A stretch of DNA of 64,000 nucleotides from Bacteroidia bacterium (GTDB taxonomy: Bacteria; Bacteroidota; Bacteroidia; NS11-12g; UBA9320), in NCBI GenBank assembly GCA_965216465.1, contig CBDCFW010000006.1, positions 896,001-960,000 on the forward strand, in the 5' to 3' direction. Shown here piece by piece: positions 38,192-48,382 of this stretch (the first letter of the stretch is position 1; each line of letters begins with the position of its first letter). Under the pieces are notes generated by a model, which saw nothing but the letters and a program-made list of their open reading frames with translations, searched no databases and had not been told where the DNA came from. Both the position numbers and the translations under genes were made by a program.

Positions 38192-39525
38192 AATTTGATG
38201 AATTTAGTAGTTATTAGAGCACCATTCACGGTATAGCGAAGGTGGTAAGTTCCGGGGTTCAACATAGATACATCTATGTTCTTTGTGTCAAATTTCAAGA
38301 CCTCCTGACCCAACATATTAGCTATAGAGCCTTTCATGGGTTCATTTGTTATAATATGAAGCCTATCGCGTACTGGGTTTGGATAGAATTTGGCATCTAC
38401 TATGGTGGTAGGAATTGAAGCTACACCATCTGAAAAAGATAATCGGTCAACCCAAAGTTTGGTGTTTTCTCCTTTTGGATTTTCAAAATCTGCACAACCA
38501 ATTATGATTACAGCACTGTCTGGTGAAATGGAAGGCACTCCATACACAATTTGTGAAGAGAAATAGGTTAGATTCTCTTGGTCTTCAGTAATGTTAAACT
38601 GGGCTGATCCAATAGGTGAGCCTTGATAATAGAGGATAGCGTAGATAACACCAGCATCGTTATTATCGCTTTGATACTTATAATATCCCTGTAAATAAGA
38701 CCATCTTTTTGAAACGGCGAAAGTAGGAGGGAAGGTCATATCAAACGTGTCTCCTGTAACGGCAAATCCAGGAACCAGATCGTTGCCTGCATAAACATTT
38801 TGCACCAACATTCCGATGCCATGATGAGACTCGTCAGTTTGCACAACAGCCTCATTATTTGAATTATCTCCAAAGAGATCAATGCCAATTAGATTAGTTG
38901 TATACCAATCATTTGGATAGGGAATACGAGTGGTATCTACAGTCTCAAAGTCATTGTTCAAGAGTTGTTGATGTGGATTTCCAAAAGACTCCATTACTAT
39001 GTTGTCAATTATTACATAGCCATCTCCATCGATTACTTGATCTGTAAAGTCTTTAGAAGAAACTACAAAAATGATAGAGTCTGGATACAAGTTAACACTC
39101 CATTGAATCGGATACTTGAATGTGGTAAATGTGTCTCCACTGTTTCCTGTCAGATTAAAATCAATAGTACCCACAGGTGCTCCGGAAGACTTAAAAATTG
39201 CGAGTACTTTTCCCGTGTCGCCATCTGCCAAGTCGTATTTTGCACTGAACCGACAGGTAAGTGGAAAATCTTCATAGGGTTCACCCAATAGTTGGCCAGT
39301 GAGCAAGGTATTTGTAACGTAACCAAATCCTCCATTTTTATTTTCAAGAAGAACAGCTGTTCCACCTGAGCTGGCATCTGAAGTATAGGTTGCAAAGCCT
39401 TCTAACATCCAATTTACAGGCTCATACAATTCTCTGTCACTCCAATTCTCAAACTCATAATTCGGGATTTGAGCAACGCTAAAAAGTATACAGCACAGAA
39501 ATGTAGATATTAGAAAAAATCGCAT
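38188..39525 (-). CDS. T9SS-secreted protein with two PCMD-like modules (paralogue of its neighbour)
   Basis: NYEFENW and NNDFE repeats, LQGYYKY, FYPNP..GTYHL..KFIKL CTD. Confidence 0.75.
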   Translation of the reverse strand: MRFFLISTFLCCILFSVAQIPNYEFENWSDRELYEPVNWMLEGFATYTSDASSGGTAVLLENKNGGFGYVTNTLLTGQLLGEPYEDFPLTCRFSAKYDLADGDTGKVLAIFKSSGAPVGTIDFNLTGNSGDTFTTFKYPIQWSVNLYPDSIIFVVSSKDFTDQVIDGDGYVIIDNIVMESFGNPHQQLLNNDFETVDTTRIPYPNDWYTTNLIGIDLFGDNSNNEAVVQTDESHHGIGMLVQNVYAGNDLVPGFAVTGDTFDMTFPPTFAVSKRWSYLQGYYKYQSDNNDAGVIYAILYYQGSPIGSAQFNITEDQENLTYFSSQIVYGVPSISPDSAVIIIGCADFENPKGENTKLWVDRLSFSDGVASIPTTIVDAKFYPNPVRDRLHIITNEPMKGSIANMLGQEVLKFDTKNIDVSMLNPGTYHLRYTVNGALITTKFIKL

Positions 39526-39550
39526 AGTGGTAGTTTTGTATTTACCAAAT

Positions 39551-40534
39551 TTAAGCAAAAGGACGCACATATTCGGCTTTTTCGCCCAATATTGCTCTTC
39601 TTACCCATCGTCCTTTTTCTTCTGCAAAACGTCTAACCGCCAGTCTTTCTGCATTACAAGGACCATCTCCATTAATTACTCGTTTAAACTCATCCCAGTC
39701 AGGTTCGGTGAATTCCCACTGGTTGGTTTCTGGGTTCTTTTTAAGATTTGGATCAGGAATTACTAGACCTAAATCCCAAATTTTTGGAACGTACATATCC
39801 AAATACGTTTGACGCATCTGGTCATTTGTAGCCATCTTTACTTTCCACTTCATCAGTGTTTCTGTATGTACTGATATTTTGTCTGATGGGCCAAAGAAGT
39901 GCATAATTGGTGGCCACCAACGTGTAAGGGCATCCTGAACCATTTGACGCTGCTTCTTAGTACCGGTAGCTAAGTGCACTACATTGTCATGGCCATATTT
40001 TAGGTGGAAAGACTCTTCGTAGCAAATACGCTCCAGTGCTCTGCAATAAGGGCCATATGAACCTTTACTATTTGCCAATTGGTTTACGATTGCACCTGCA
40101 TCAATTAACCATGCAATAATTGCACTGTCTGCCCAAGTAAGAGCAGGGTAGTTAAATACATTCGAATATTTTGATTTACCGGTAATCAGGTCGTTAATCA
40201 TGGCTTCTCTGCTTTTTCCAAGTGTTTCAGCAGCAGAATAAAGAAGCTGTGCATGACCTACTTCGTCTTGAACCTTAGCCATCAAAGCAAGCTTTCTTCT
40301 AAATCCAGGAGCTCTGGTAATCCAGGTTCCTTCAGGTAATGCACCAATAATTTCAGAATGGGCATGTTGCTCAATCATTCTGATAAGTTGTTTGCGATAC
40401 ATTGAAGGCATCCAGTCTTGAGGCTCTATTTTTTCACCTCTATCAATTCTTGCTTGAAATTGTTCCAATAACTCAGGAGTTTCTTCCTCAGCGTAAAATT
40501 TTTCGTTAGGGTCTATATATGCGTTTCCGTACAT
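39551..40534 (-). CDS. paaA: phenylacetyl-CoA epoxidase catalytic subunit A
   Basis: [31 protein letters not shown] diiron ligands, GDGPCN. Confidence 0.96.
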   Translation of the reverse strand: MYGNAYIDPNEKFYAEEETPELLEQFQARIDRGEKIEPQDWMPSMYRKQLIRMIEQHAHSEIIGALPEGTWITRAPGFRRKLALMAKVQDEVGHAQLLYSAAETLGKSREAMINDLITGKSKYSNVFNYPALTWADSAIIAWLIDAGAIVNQLANSKGSYGPYCRALERICYEESFHLKYGHDNVVHLATGTKKQRQMVQDALTRWWPPIMHFFGPSDKISVHTETLMKWKVKMATNDQMRQTYLDMYVPKIWDLGLVIPDPNLKKNPETNQWEFTEPDWDEFKRVINGDGPCNAERLAVRRFAEEKGRWVRRAILGEKAEYVRPFA

Positions 40535-40548
40535 GTTAATGTGTTCTT

Positions 40549-41121
40549 TTAAATGTTATTTTTTAATCCTGTAAGTATAAAGTCGCTGAGTTTTTCAGCA
40601 ATTTCGTTAGCGTTTAGATTTCCATTTGGGTTATACCATTCAACAATCCAGTTTACACTCGATAAAATGGTTAAAGCAGCAAACTTCTTATCGGCTTCGT
40701 TAAATAAGCCTTCGTCAATTCCGTTTTGAATAATTTCTTTTATACCTTCTTCATAAATGTTTCTTTTTTCAATGAAACGATCCAATGAATCAGGACTAAG
40801 ATTTCTCCAGTCTCGGATAAAAATGATGGCTGCATCAAGATTTTCTGTAAGAATTTCAACATGAAATTTAATGGCCATTCGTAATTTTTCTTCTGCATTG
40901 AAGTATATATCGTTTACTTCTTGAATTGCCAATTCAAATTTTTCAGCCATTTCGAAGCAGGTAATTCTTAAGATGTCTTCTTTGCTATCGAAGTGACTAT
41001 ATAAGCTGGCTGGCTCCATGTCTAAAGCCTTGGCAATATCGCGAACAGAAGTGGCAGCATAACCCTTGTCTTTTACAACTCGTTGGGCACTGCTAATGAT
41101 TTCCTTTTTGCGTTCTGTCAT
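40549..41121 (-). CDS. paaR: TetR family regulator, PaaR-like
   Basis: [23 protein letters not shown]; [10 protein letters not shown]-terminus; first gene of the paa operon. Confidence 0.8.
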   Translation of the reverse strand: MTERKKEIISSAQRVVKDKGYAATSVRDIAKALDMEPASLYSHFDSKEDILRITCFEMAEKFELAIQEVNDIYFNAEEKLRMAIKFHVEILTENLDAAIIFIRDWRNLSPDSLDRFIEKRNIYEEGIKEIIQNGIDEGLFNEADKKFAALTILSSVNWIVEWYNPNGNLNANEIAEKLSDFILTGLKNNI

Positions 41122-41130
41122 GGTTGCAAA

Positions 41131-41144
41131 CTAACGTTCGTTAG
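41131..41144. promoter_or_regulatory. PaaR-type operator
   Basis: CTAACGTTCGTTAG fits CNAACGNNCGTTNG; lies between a TATATTTG -7 box (41146-41153, minus strand) and the tetR ATG. Confidence 0.75.
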
Positions 41145-41200
41145 GCAAATATATGTTTTCACATTTTGAATACAAAATGATATACTTGCGAGCACAAATT

Positions 41201-41737
41201 ATGAAATCTAAATCATACTCAATAAAAGACAAAACGTATAGTTTTACCCTTGGCACTTACTTTCAAATGCCTTTTAAAATAATAGCAGGGGTGATGGTTC
41301 TGGGTGGAGCCGGAAGTTTATCGCAAGGGTTTGGTATAACTCCGATAGTATTTATGGTGCTTGGGTTATTTATTCTTGTAGCCAAAACGGGCATACAAGT
41401 TAATTTCACCATAGGAAATTACCGTGAAGGATTATCCCTTTTTGGTACACAGTTTGGAAGCTGGAGTGCTTTGCCAGTTATTGATTATGTATCTATCTTT
41501 CCAACTCAATTAGGTCAAAACGTACATGGTTTTGTTCCTTCAAACCACAAAAAGTTAATGTATAAGGATGTTCGTATAAATCTAATTTATAATAGAGCAA
41601 AGCGAATGCATGTGTTTACTTCTGATCATCGAGAATTGTACTATGAAGTTGCCATGCTCTTTGGTGAACACCTCAATGTTGGAGTATATGACTGTACAGG
41701 TGCCGAAAACGAGTGGATTAAACCTGATAATCGTTAA
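41201..41737 (+). CDS. hypothetical two-TM membrane protein
   Basis: two TM helices plus soluble domain; start uncertain. Confidence 0.6.
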   Translation: MKSKSYSIKDKTYSFTLGTYFQMPFKIIAGVMVLGGAGSLSQGFGITPIVFMVLGLFILVAKTGIQVNFTIGNYREGLSLFGTQFGSWSALPVIDYVSIFPTQLGQNVHGFVPSNHKKLMYKDVRINLIYNRAKRMHVFTSDHRELYYEVAMLFGEHLNVGVYDCTGAENEWIKPDNR

Positions 41738-41745
41738 TTTGCTCC

Positions 41746-42630
41746 GTGAAATTTGGCAAAGTAGATAGTGTTGAAGGTCTAGATCTGAGCTTACCTGATG
41801 ATCATCCAGAGACTTCAAAGATTCTTGCACAAGGACGTGGCCAAGGTCGTCCTAAGTTGTTCGTTGGCACGCCCAAATGGGCAAGAGCAGACTTAAAAGG
41901 ATTTTACCCCCGTGGCACAAAGGATGAATTGGCTTACTATTCGACTCAATTCAACGCTATCGAATTAAATGCATTTTATTATCGAATTTTTCCTTCGTCG
42001 GTAGTGCAGAAGTGGTACGATCGCTCTGATCCAAACTTCACCTTCTGTCCTAAAATACCTCAATTGATTAGTCAATTTAGAAGACTAAAAAATTGCCAAG
42101 CTGAGCTTGACGATTACCTAGTTTCTATATCCAATTTTAAAGAAAAACTGGGGACATGCTTTTTGCAGATGAACGAAAATTTTTCGCCTAAAAATTTTAA
42201 TGACCTTGAGAACTTTCTAAGGCAATGGCCAAACGATTTGGCTCTCTCAGTTGAACTTCGACACGCAGATTGGTACGGAGATTCAAAAGTGTCAAATGAC
42301 TTGTTTCAATTGCTCGATGAATTAAAGATTACACAAACTATTACGGATACTGCAGGCCGTCGTGATTTGGTTCATATGCGACTCACAACACCAACTGCGT
42401 TTATTCGCTACACAGGTGCAAATCACGCATCTGACTTTACTCGAGTCGACGATTGGTTTGAAAGGCTTTCAACTTGGAAGGAACAAGGCATTGAAAAGAT
42501 ATATTTCTTTGTGCATCAAACCATTGAAAAGGAAATCCCACTTTTAACTGAACGTCTTATTCGAAAAATTAATGAACAATGGGACTACAATCACCCAATC
42601 CCGGGCAAAGCAGGTCAATTAGATCTCTAA
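41746..42630 (+). CDS. DUF72 family protein
   Basis: MKFGKV, IELNAFYY, FLQM, VELRH, DTAGRRD. Confidence 0.9.
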   Translation: MKFGKVDSVEGLDLSLPDDHPETSKILAQGRGQGRPKLFVGTPKWARADLKGFYPRGTKDELAYYSTQFNAIELNAFYYRIFPSSVVQKWYDRSDPNFTFCPKIPQLISQFRRLKNCQAELDDYLVSISNFKEKLGTCFLQMNENFSPKNFNDLENFLRQWPNDLALSVELRHADWYGDSKVSNDLFQLLDELKITQTITDTAGRRDLVHMRLTTPTAFIRYTGANHASDFTRVDDWFERLSTWKEQGIEKIYFFVHQTIEKEIPLLTERLIRKINEQWDYNHPIPGKAGQLDL

Positions 42631-43377
42631 TCCAACCGGGCAATGATCGCTACCAAAGACTTCGTTGTGAATGGTTGCAGATTTGATATTTTTTTTCAGC
42701 GATTCAGAAACTAAGAAATAGTCTATTCTCCAACCCGCGTTATTTTTTCTGGCGTTGAATCGCATGCTCCAAAATGAATATTTCTCTTCTGTTGGATGCA
42801 ATTGTCTGAAGCTGTCAACCAAGCCTGTGCCTAGAATTCCATCGAGTCCGTCAATCTCAACTTGTGTATATCCGCTCGTTTTATTGTAATTGCTTTTGTC
42901 GTTCTTAAGGTCAATTGCAGTATGTGCAACGTTGAAATCTCCTGTAACAATAACCGGCTTTTTCTTTTGCAGTTCAGCCAAATAATTGGCAAAAGCTTGG
43001 TCCCAAGTAGAACGATATTCCAGCCTTTTTAAACCCGAACCGCTATTGGGAACATAAACATTGGTTAGAAAAAAATCTGGATATTCAGCGGTGATTACGC
43101 GACCTTCTTGATCATGCTCATCAATGCCCATATCTGAAGAAACATTTATAGGCTCAGTCTTTGAGAAAATTGCCACACCAGAGTAGCCTTTCTTCACCGC
43201 AGAATTAGAATAGATATGATAACCCTTGAGTTCAGTCAGTGCTTCTTGTACTTGGTCATCTTGAGCCTTAGTTTCTTGGACGCAAAAAATGTCGGCATCG
43301 AAGTCGTTGATAATATCAATCAGCCCTTTTTTTACGGATGCTCTTACACCGTTAACATTCCATGAGATTAATTTCAT
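42619..43377 (-). CDS. xth: exodeoxyribonuclease III
   Basis: SWNVNG, QETK, GDFNVAH, GWRIDY, SDHCP. Confidence 0.96.
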   Translation of the reverse strand: MKLISWNVNGVRASVKKGLIDIINDFDADIFCVQETKAQDDQVQEALTELKGYHIYSNSAVKKGYSGVAIFSKTEPINVSSDMGIDEHDQEGRVITAEYPDFFLTNVYVPNSGSGLKRLEYRSTWDQAFANYLAELQKKKPVIVTGDFNVAHTAIDLKNDKSNYNKTSGYTQVEIDGLDGILGTGLVDSFRQLHPTEEKYSFWSMRFNARKNNAGWRIDYFLVSESLKKNIKSATIHNEVFGSDHCPVGLEI

Positions 43378-43386
43378 GGGGCAAGT

Positions 43387-43836
43387 TTAGTAAATCGCTT
43401 CAATTTTTTCCTTCTTCCCTGCAAATACTACAGATTCTCCCGCTTGTTTTCCCATGAGCATTTGTGCAATAGGGGAGTTGGATGAAATAGCGAAAATTAC
43501 ATCTTTCCCAATCTCAATTTTCCCGATTCCGATGCACGGGTAAAGCAGCTTTTTGTTGGTTTGTATCAATGCACCTATTTGTGCTGAATCACACGCTAAA
43601 CTGGGATTAATCTGATTGAGAATTGCCATCTGCTTTTGGGCATTATTCATTTGCCGATTGAGGCGATCCATTTCTTCCTGACCCATTGCACGTGCGGTTT
43701 CAAACTTATTTCCTGCAGTGCTATTTTCCTCGTTTTCAATCGATTCTTGCACTTTATCCATTGCAGATTGCAGTTCTTCAATTTGATGCTTTAGCTTTTC
43801 TACACAAGCCTGATGTATGTCTGCCTTGTTAAGCAT
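43387..43836 (-). CDS. GreA/GreB-like Bacteroidota protein
   Basis: STAGNKFETARAM, N-terminal coiled coil, ISSNSPIAQML.GK. Confidence 0.75.
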   Translation of the reverse strand: MLNKADIHQACVEKLKHQIEELQSAMDKVQESIENEENSTAGNKFETARAMGQEEMDRLNRQMNNAQKQMAILNQINPSLACDSAQIGALIQTNKKLLYPCIGIGKIEIGKDVIFAISSNSPIAQMLMGKQAGESVVFAGKKEKIEAIY

Positions 43837-43909
43837 TCCTTACAAATTTATAAAAGATTTGTAATGTTTGTTACACAGTAAATTGCAAAACCGACCCAAA
43901 TTTGCAGCC

Positions 43910-44218
43910 ATGTTTGGATTTTTAAAGAAGCTATTTGGTCCTGGAGTGGACTTAAACGAAAAAATGAATGAAGGGGCAATAATTGTAGATGTTAGAACCC
44001 CCCGTGAGTTTGCTGGAGGCCATGTGAAGGGTTCGAAAAACATTCCACTAGATAAAATAAATGCTAAAATGGAGACCATTAAAAAATGGAATAAACCCGT
44101 AATTACTTGTTGTGCCAGTGGTATGAGAAGTGGGAGTGCTGCTTCAATTTTGCGCAACAATGGCGTTGATGCATACAATGGTGGTCCTTGGCAAAGAGCC
44201 AACCGTTTGGGCAAGTAA
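43910..44218 (+). CDS. rhodanese-like protein
   Basis: IVDVRTPREF..GHV.GS.NIPL and CCASGMRS. Confidence 0.92.
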   Translation: MFGFLKKLFGPGVDLNEKMNEGAIIVDVRTPREFAGGHVKGSKNIPLDKINAKMETIKKWNKPVITCCASGMRSGSAASILRNNGVDAYNGGPWQRANRLGK

Positions 44219-44275
44219 TTGCGTCAAATTGTCGGAATATCTCATTGGCATTGATTTTGACTTTATCTAATTGTA

Positions 44276-44572
44276 ATGGCAAATTTTAAAGACATCGTAA
44301 ATTCAGAAAAACCTGTTCTTGTTGATTTCTCAGCTGAGTGGTGTGGGCCTTGTAAAATGATGGTTCCAATTCTCGAAGAAGTAAAAGGAGAATTAGGAGC
44401 TGATGTTAAGGTGGTGAAAATTGATGTAGACCGCAATCCAGCCTTAGCTGTGGCCTATAATGTAAAAGGGGTTCCTACGCTTATGATCTTTAAGCAAGGA
44501 AAGCAACTGTGGAGAGAGAGTGGGGTAAGACAAGCTGGGGAATTAATCCATATCTTGTCGAGCCTAAATTAA
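44276..44572 (+). CDS. trxA: thioredoxin
   Basis: DFSAEWCGPCK. Confidence 0.95.
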   Translation: MANFKDIVNSEKPVLVDFSAEWCGPCKMMVPILEEVKGELGADVKVVKIDVDRNPALAVAYNVKGVPTLMIFKQGKQLWRESGVRQAGELIHILSSLN

Positions 44573-45411
44573 GGGATCCACTTGTCTTTACCGAAGTCTG
44601 GTTTTCGTTTTTCTAAGAATGCATCTCGTCCTTCTTTAGCCTCATCGGTCATATAGGCTAAGCGAGTGGCTTCACCTGCAAATACTTGTTGACCGACCAT
44701 TCCATCATCGGTCAAATTCATTGCAAATTTCAACATCTTGATGCTGGTTGGAGATTTAGCTAGTATTTCTTGAGCCCATTGATAGGCCGTGTCTTCCAGT
44801 GCATCGTGTGGAACGACGGCATTTACCATACCCATCTCAAATGCTTCTTGTGCAGAGTAGTTTCGACCTAAAAAGAAAATTTCACGAGCTTTTTTCTGTC
44901 CAACCATTTTAGCAAGGTATGCAGAACCATAGCCACCATCAAAGCTGGTAACGTCGGCGTCCGTTTGCTTAAAAATAGCATGTTCTTCACTGGCGAGCGT
45001 CATATCGCACACCACATGCAAACTATGACCTCCGCCTACAGCCCATCCAGGAACAACTGCAATCACCACTTTAGGCATAAAGCGTATCAATCGTTGTACA
45101 TCAAGAATATTTAAGCGATGGTAGTTGTCTTCTCCCACATAACCTTGGTGTCCTCTGGCACTTTGGTCTCCTCCACTACAAAACGAATAAACCCCGTCTT
45201 TTGTGCTTGGACCTTCTGCACTAAGCAAGATTACGCCTATGCTGGTATCTTCCTGTGCATCGTGGAAAGCATCTAACAACTCGCTAGTAGTCTTGGGTCT
45301 GAAAGCATTTCGAACGTTGGGTCGATTAAATGCAATTCTTGCTACTCCGTTACACTTTTTGTAGGTAATATCTTCGTATTCCTTTGCGGTGGTCCAGTCG
45401 ATTTGGCTCAT
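44569..45411 (-). CDS. menB: 1,4-dihydroxy-2-naphthoyl-CoA synthase
   Basis: RNAFRP, FCSGGDQ, SFDGGYG, EGRDAFLEKR. Confidence 0.96.
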   Translation of the reverse strand: MSQIDWTTAKEYEDITYKKCNGVARIAFNRPNVRNAFRPKTTSELLDAFHDAQEDTSIGVILLSAEGPSTKDGVYSFCSGGDQSARGHQGYVGEDNYHRLNILDVQRLIRFMPKVVIAVVPGWAVGGGHSLHVVCDMTLASEEHAIFKQTDADVTSFDGGYGSAYLAKMVGQKKAREIFFLGRNYSAQEAFEMGMVNAVVPHDALEDTAYQWAQEILAKSPTSIKMLKFAMNLTDDGMVGQQVFAGEATRLAYMTDEAKEGRDAFLEKRKPDFGKDKWIP

Positions 45412-45460
45412 GCGGCAAATGTACAAGTTTCAGGAAGCTTCAAAAGACTTTGAAATCGAA

Positions 45461-46336
45461 TTATTTAGCATCCTGTAGGATACTTTCAACGTTTGTTTTG
45501 ATTTTAACGCAAAGTTCATCCAGAGCCAAATCGTTATCATCAAAACCGAATGGATCTTCAATTTCTTCAGCTAGAAGTTCAATGCTTACTAAAACATAAA
45601 AAATGAATACAGACAATAAAATCGTTCCGTACCCGAAAGTAGAGACAAAGCCTAAAGGAAGGGTCGTTACGTAGATGAATATGAACTTCTTTAGAAAAAG
45701 ATTGTACGAGAAAGGCATAGGTGTACTTTGAATTCGTTCGCACGCACCTGTAATGTTAGAAAACGTATTGAGGTTGGTGTCAAAGGTCAAGTACTCTGTA
45801 TCGGTTATCTTGCCTTCATCACGCATTTTGTGAAGACGAGCATACATCAACTTTGAGAAGAAACTTGGTTTGTGTGAAGCATCGTCGAACTCTTCCTTTT
45901 CTTCAGGATGTAATACTACTTGTAAGTCTTCCTGTCCTCCTCGCAAATGCCATTTTAAGGCAAAAACATAGTTCGAAATCATTCTTCTAAAGTATGCAAT
46001 GTCTTCATTGTCTTTAGTCGTAGTAGATACCTTTATAGCCAATGTACGGGTGTTGTTAACCAATTCGCCCCATTTTTTGCGACCTTCCCACCATCGGTCA
46101 TAAGCCGTGTTAGTGCGAAAAACAAGTAAGAGTGATAATACAAAACCTATAAGCGAATACACCGCAATTGTATCTTTAAAAATGTGTAAGTCTTTAACGT
46201 AGTTGAGCTCAACATAGGTCAACCCAAAAGAGAAGAGAGCAAGAATAATTATCTCATTAAATAGTATTCTTAGCGTATCGCTTTTTGGAATTTTGAAGAT
46301 CTGGGTAAACCAAATTTTAGGATTGTACTTAATCAT
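45461..46336 (-). CDS. bestrophin family channel
   Basis: FRTNTAYDRWWEGR, ACERI and EIEDPFG motifs. Confidence 0.9.
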   Translation of the reverse strand: MIKYNPKIWFTQIFKIPKSDTLRILFNEIIILALFSFGLTYVELNYVKDLHIFKDTIAVYSLIGFVLSLLLVFRTNTAYDRWWEGRKKWGELVNNTRTLAIKVSTTTKDNEDIAYFRRMISNYVFALKWHLRGGQEDLQVVLHPEEKEEFDDASHKPSFFSKLMYARLHKMRDEGKITDTEYLTFDTNLNTFSNITGACERIQSTPMPFSYNLFLKKFIFIYVTTLPLGFVSTFGYGTILLSVFIFYVLVSIELLAEEIEDPFGFDDNDLALDELCVKIKTNVESILQDAK

Positions 46337-46444
46337 GGATTTCAAAAATATTAAGAATTGTAGAAATTCAACATTTCTAAAATTTAATCCACACGACTAA
46401 AAAAATTAATTGCTGTGATATAAATTTATACCCTTAACTAAATC

Positions 46445-48382
46445 ATGTATATGGCTTCTGAATCTATAACCCAATCACCTTTCGTGGTTCGAAACCACGA
46501 CCAATACCTTAAAGCGTATGAAGAAAGCGTTGCCGATCCGGAAGGATTCTGGGCCCGTTTTGCAGAGCAAGAATTTATATGGCAAAGGAAGTGGGACAAG
46601 GTGTTGTCTTACGATTTTGCAACGCCTAGCATAAAGTGGTTTGAAGGTGCTGAGCTTAACATTACAGAAAATTGCATTGATCGATACCTTGATTCTCAAG
46701 GCAATCAAACGGCCATAATTTTTGAGCCAAATTCTGTTACCCAAAGAGCAAAGTATATAACGTATAATGAGCTCGCGGTGCATGTCAATAAAGCCGCTAA
46801 CATGCTGAAGTCTGTGGGAGTTAAAAAAGGTGACCGTGTTTGTCTTTACATGCCAATGATACCTGAGCTTGCATTTGCAGTTCTTGCATGTGCGAGAATA
46901 GGGGCGGTTCATTCCGTTGTATTTGCAGGATTTAGTGCAAGAAGCTTAGCAGATAGAATTAACGATGCACAATGTAAGGTGGTAATTACGGCTGACGGGG
47001 GCTTCCGAGGAGAGAAGATTACTCCATTAAAAGATATTACAGATGAAGCATTGAAGTCATGCCCTTGTGTTGAAAGTGTAATTGTAGCACAACGAACCAA
47101 CTCAGAAGTTTTAATGGTTGATGGCCGTGATGTGTGGTGGGATGAAATCTTCGATCCAGCAAGTGAGGAGTGTGAACCAGAAACAATGAAAGCTGAAGAT
47201 CCGCTGTTCATTTTGTATACTTCCGGAAGTACAGGGAAACCAAAAGGTGTAGTACACACCTGTGGTGGCTATATGGTTTATACCAATTACAGCTTTAGAA
47301 ATGTGTTTCAGTATGAGGCCAAAGATATTTATTGGTGTACTGCAGACATAGGATGGATAACAGGACACAGCTATATCATTTATGGTCCTTTGAGTGCAGG
47401 AGCTACTACGCTAATGTTTGAAGGTGTTCCTTCTAGCCCAGACAATGGGCGGTTTTGGCAAATAGTTGAGAAGCACAAAGTGAATATCTTTTATACTGCA
47501 CCAACCGCCATTCGAGCTTTGGAAAAATGTGAATTGCAATTTGTTACGACATACGACTTAAGCAGTCTGAAAGTTCTGGGTACAGTAGGTGAACCTATAA
47601 ATTTAGAAGCATGGGAATGGTACGACGATCATGTTGGAAAGAATAATTGTCCGATTGTCGATACTTGGTGGCAAACCGAAACAGGGGGAATCATGATTTC
47701 AAGTTTAGCAGGTGCAACTAAAGACATTCCAACCTTTGCAACTTTACCATTACCCGGTATTCAACCTTGCTTGATGGATGATAGTGGTCAAGAGATTTTA
47801 GAATCAGAAGCCGAAGGAGTTTTATGCATTAAGCATCCATGGCCAAGCATGGCTCGAACAATTTATGGAGACCACGAACGATTCCGTAAGACCTATTATG
47901 CCGCTTATCCCGGAACCTATTTTACAGGTGATGGAGCAAAACGAGATGCAGAAGGAAATTACCGAATTACAGGTAGGGTAGATGATGTTGTTATTGTCAG
48001 CGGTCACAACCTAGGGACTGCTGAAATTGAGAATGCAATAGATGAGCATCCCCTTACGGTCGAAAGTGCAGTTGTTGGTTATCCGCACGAAATCAAAGGA
48101 CATGCAATTTGTGCTTTCGTAGCTTTGATGAATGACGATGAAGCTGTTGATTATGAAAAGCTTAGAGAAGAAATACTCGAAACAGTTGCGAAGTTGGTAG
48201 GTCCAATTTCTAAACCTGAACAAATTCAGTTTGTAGAAGCCTTACCCAAAACAAGGAGTGGTAAAATTATGCGGCGAATATTGAGAAAAATAGCATCAAA
48301 TGACACAGATGATTTAGGTGATATTTCGACCCTGTTAAATCCAGAGAGTGTAGAGGCTTTGATTGCCAGTAGATTAAACTAA
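46445..48382 (+). CDS. acs: acetyl-CoA synthetase
   Basis: YTSGSTGKPKG, DTWWQTETG, LPKTRSGKIMRR. Confidence 0.97.
   Translation: MYMASESITQSPFVVRNHDQYLKAYEESVADPEGFWARFAEQEFIWQRKWDKVLSYDFATPSIKWFEGAELNITENCIDRYLDSQGNQTAIIFEPNSVTQRAKYITYNELAVHVNKAANMLKSVGVKKGDRVCLYMPMIPELAFAVLACARIGAVHSVVFAGFSARSLADRINDAQCKVVITADGGFRGEKITPLKDITDEALKSCPCVESVIVAQRTNSEVLMVDGRDVWWDEIFDPASEECEPETMKAEDPLFILYTSGSTGKPKGVVHTCGGYMVYTNYSFRNVFQYEAKDIYWCTADIGWITGHSYIIYGPLSAGATTLMFEGVPSSPDNGRFWQIVEKHKVNIFYTAPTAIRALEKCELQFVTTYDLSSLKVLGTVGEPINLEAWEWYDDHVGKNNCPIVDTWWQTETGGIMISSLAGATKDIPTFATLPLPGIQPCLMDDSGQEILESEAEGVLCIKHPWPSMARTIYGDHERFRKTYYAAYPGTYFTGDGAKRDAEGNYRITGRVDDVVIVSGHNLGTAEIENAIDEHPLTVESAVVGYPHEIKGHAICAFVALMNDDEAVDYEKLREEILETVAKLVGPISKPEQIQFVEALPKTRSGKIMRRILRKIASNDTDDLGDISTLLNPESVEALIASRLN

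Noticed and set aside
41118-41128. TGCAACC on the minus strand before tetR
   Set aside because: It directly abuts the ATG and has no matching -10 box at 16 bp.
43840-44214. 124-aa ORF antisense to the rhodanese gene, and similar antisense ORFs (e.g. 1568-2071, 33453-33863, 46475-46912)
   Set aside because: These are shadow ORFs opposite well-supported genes and have no motifs of their own.
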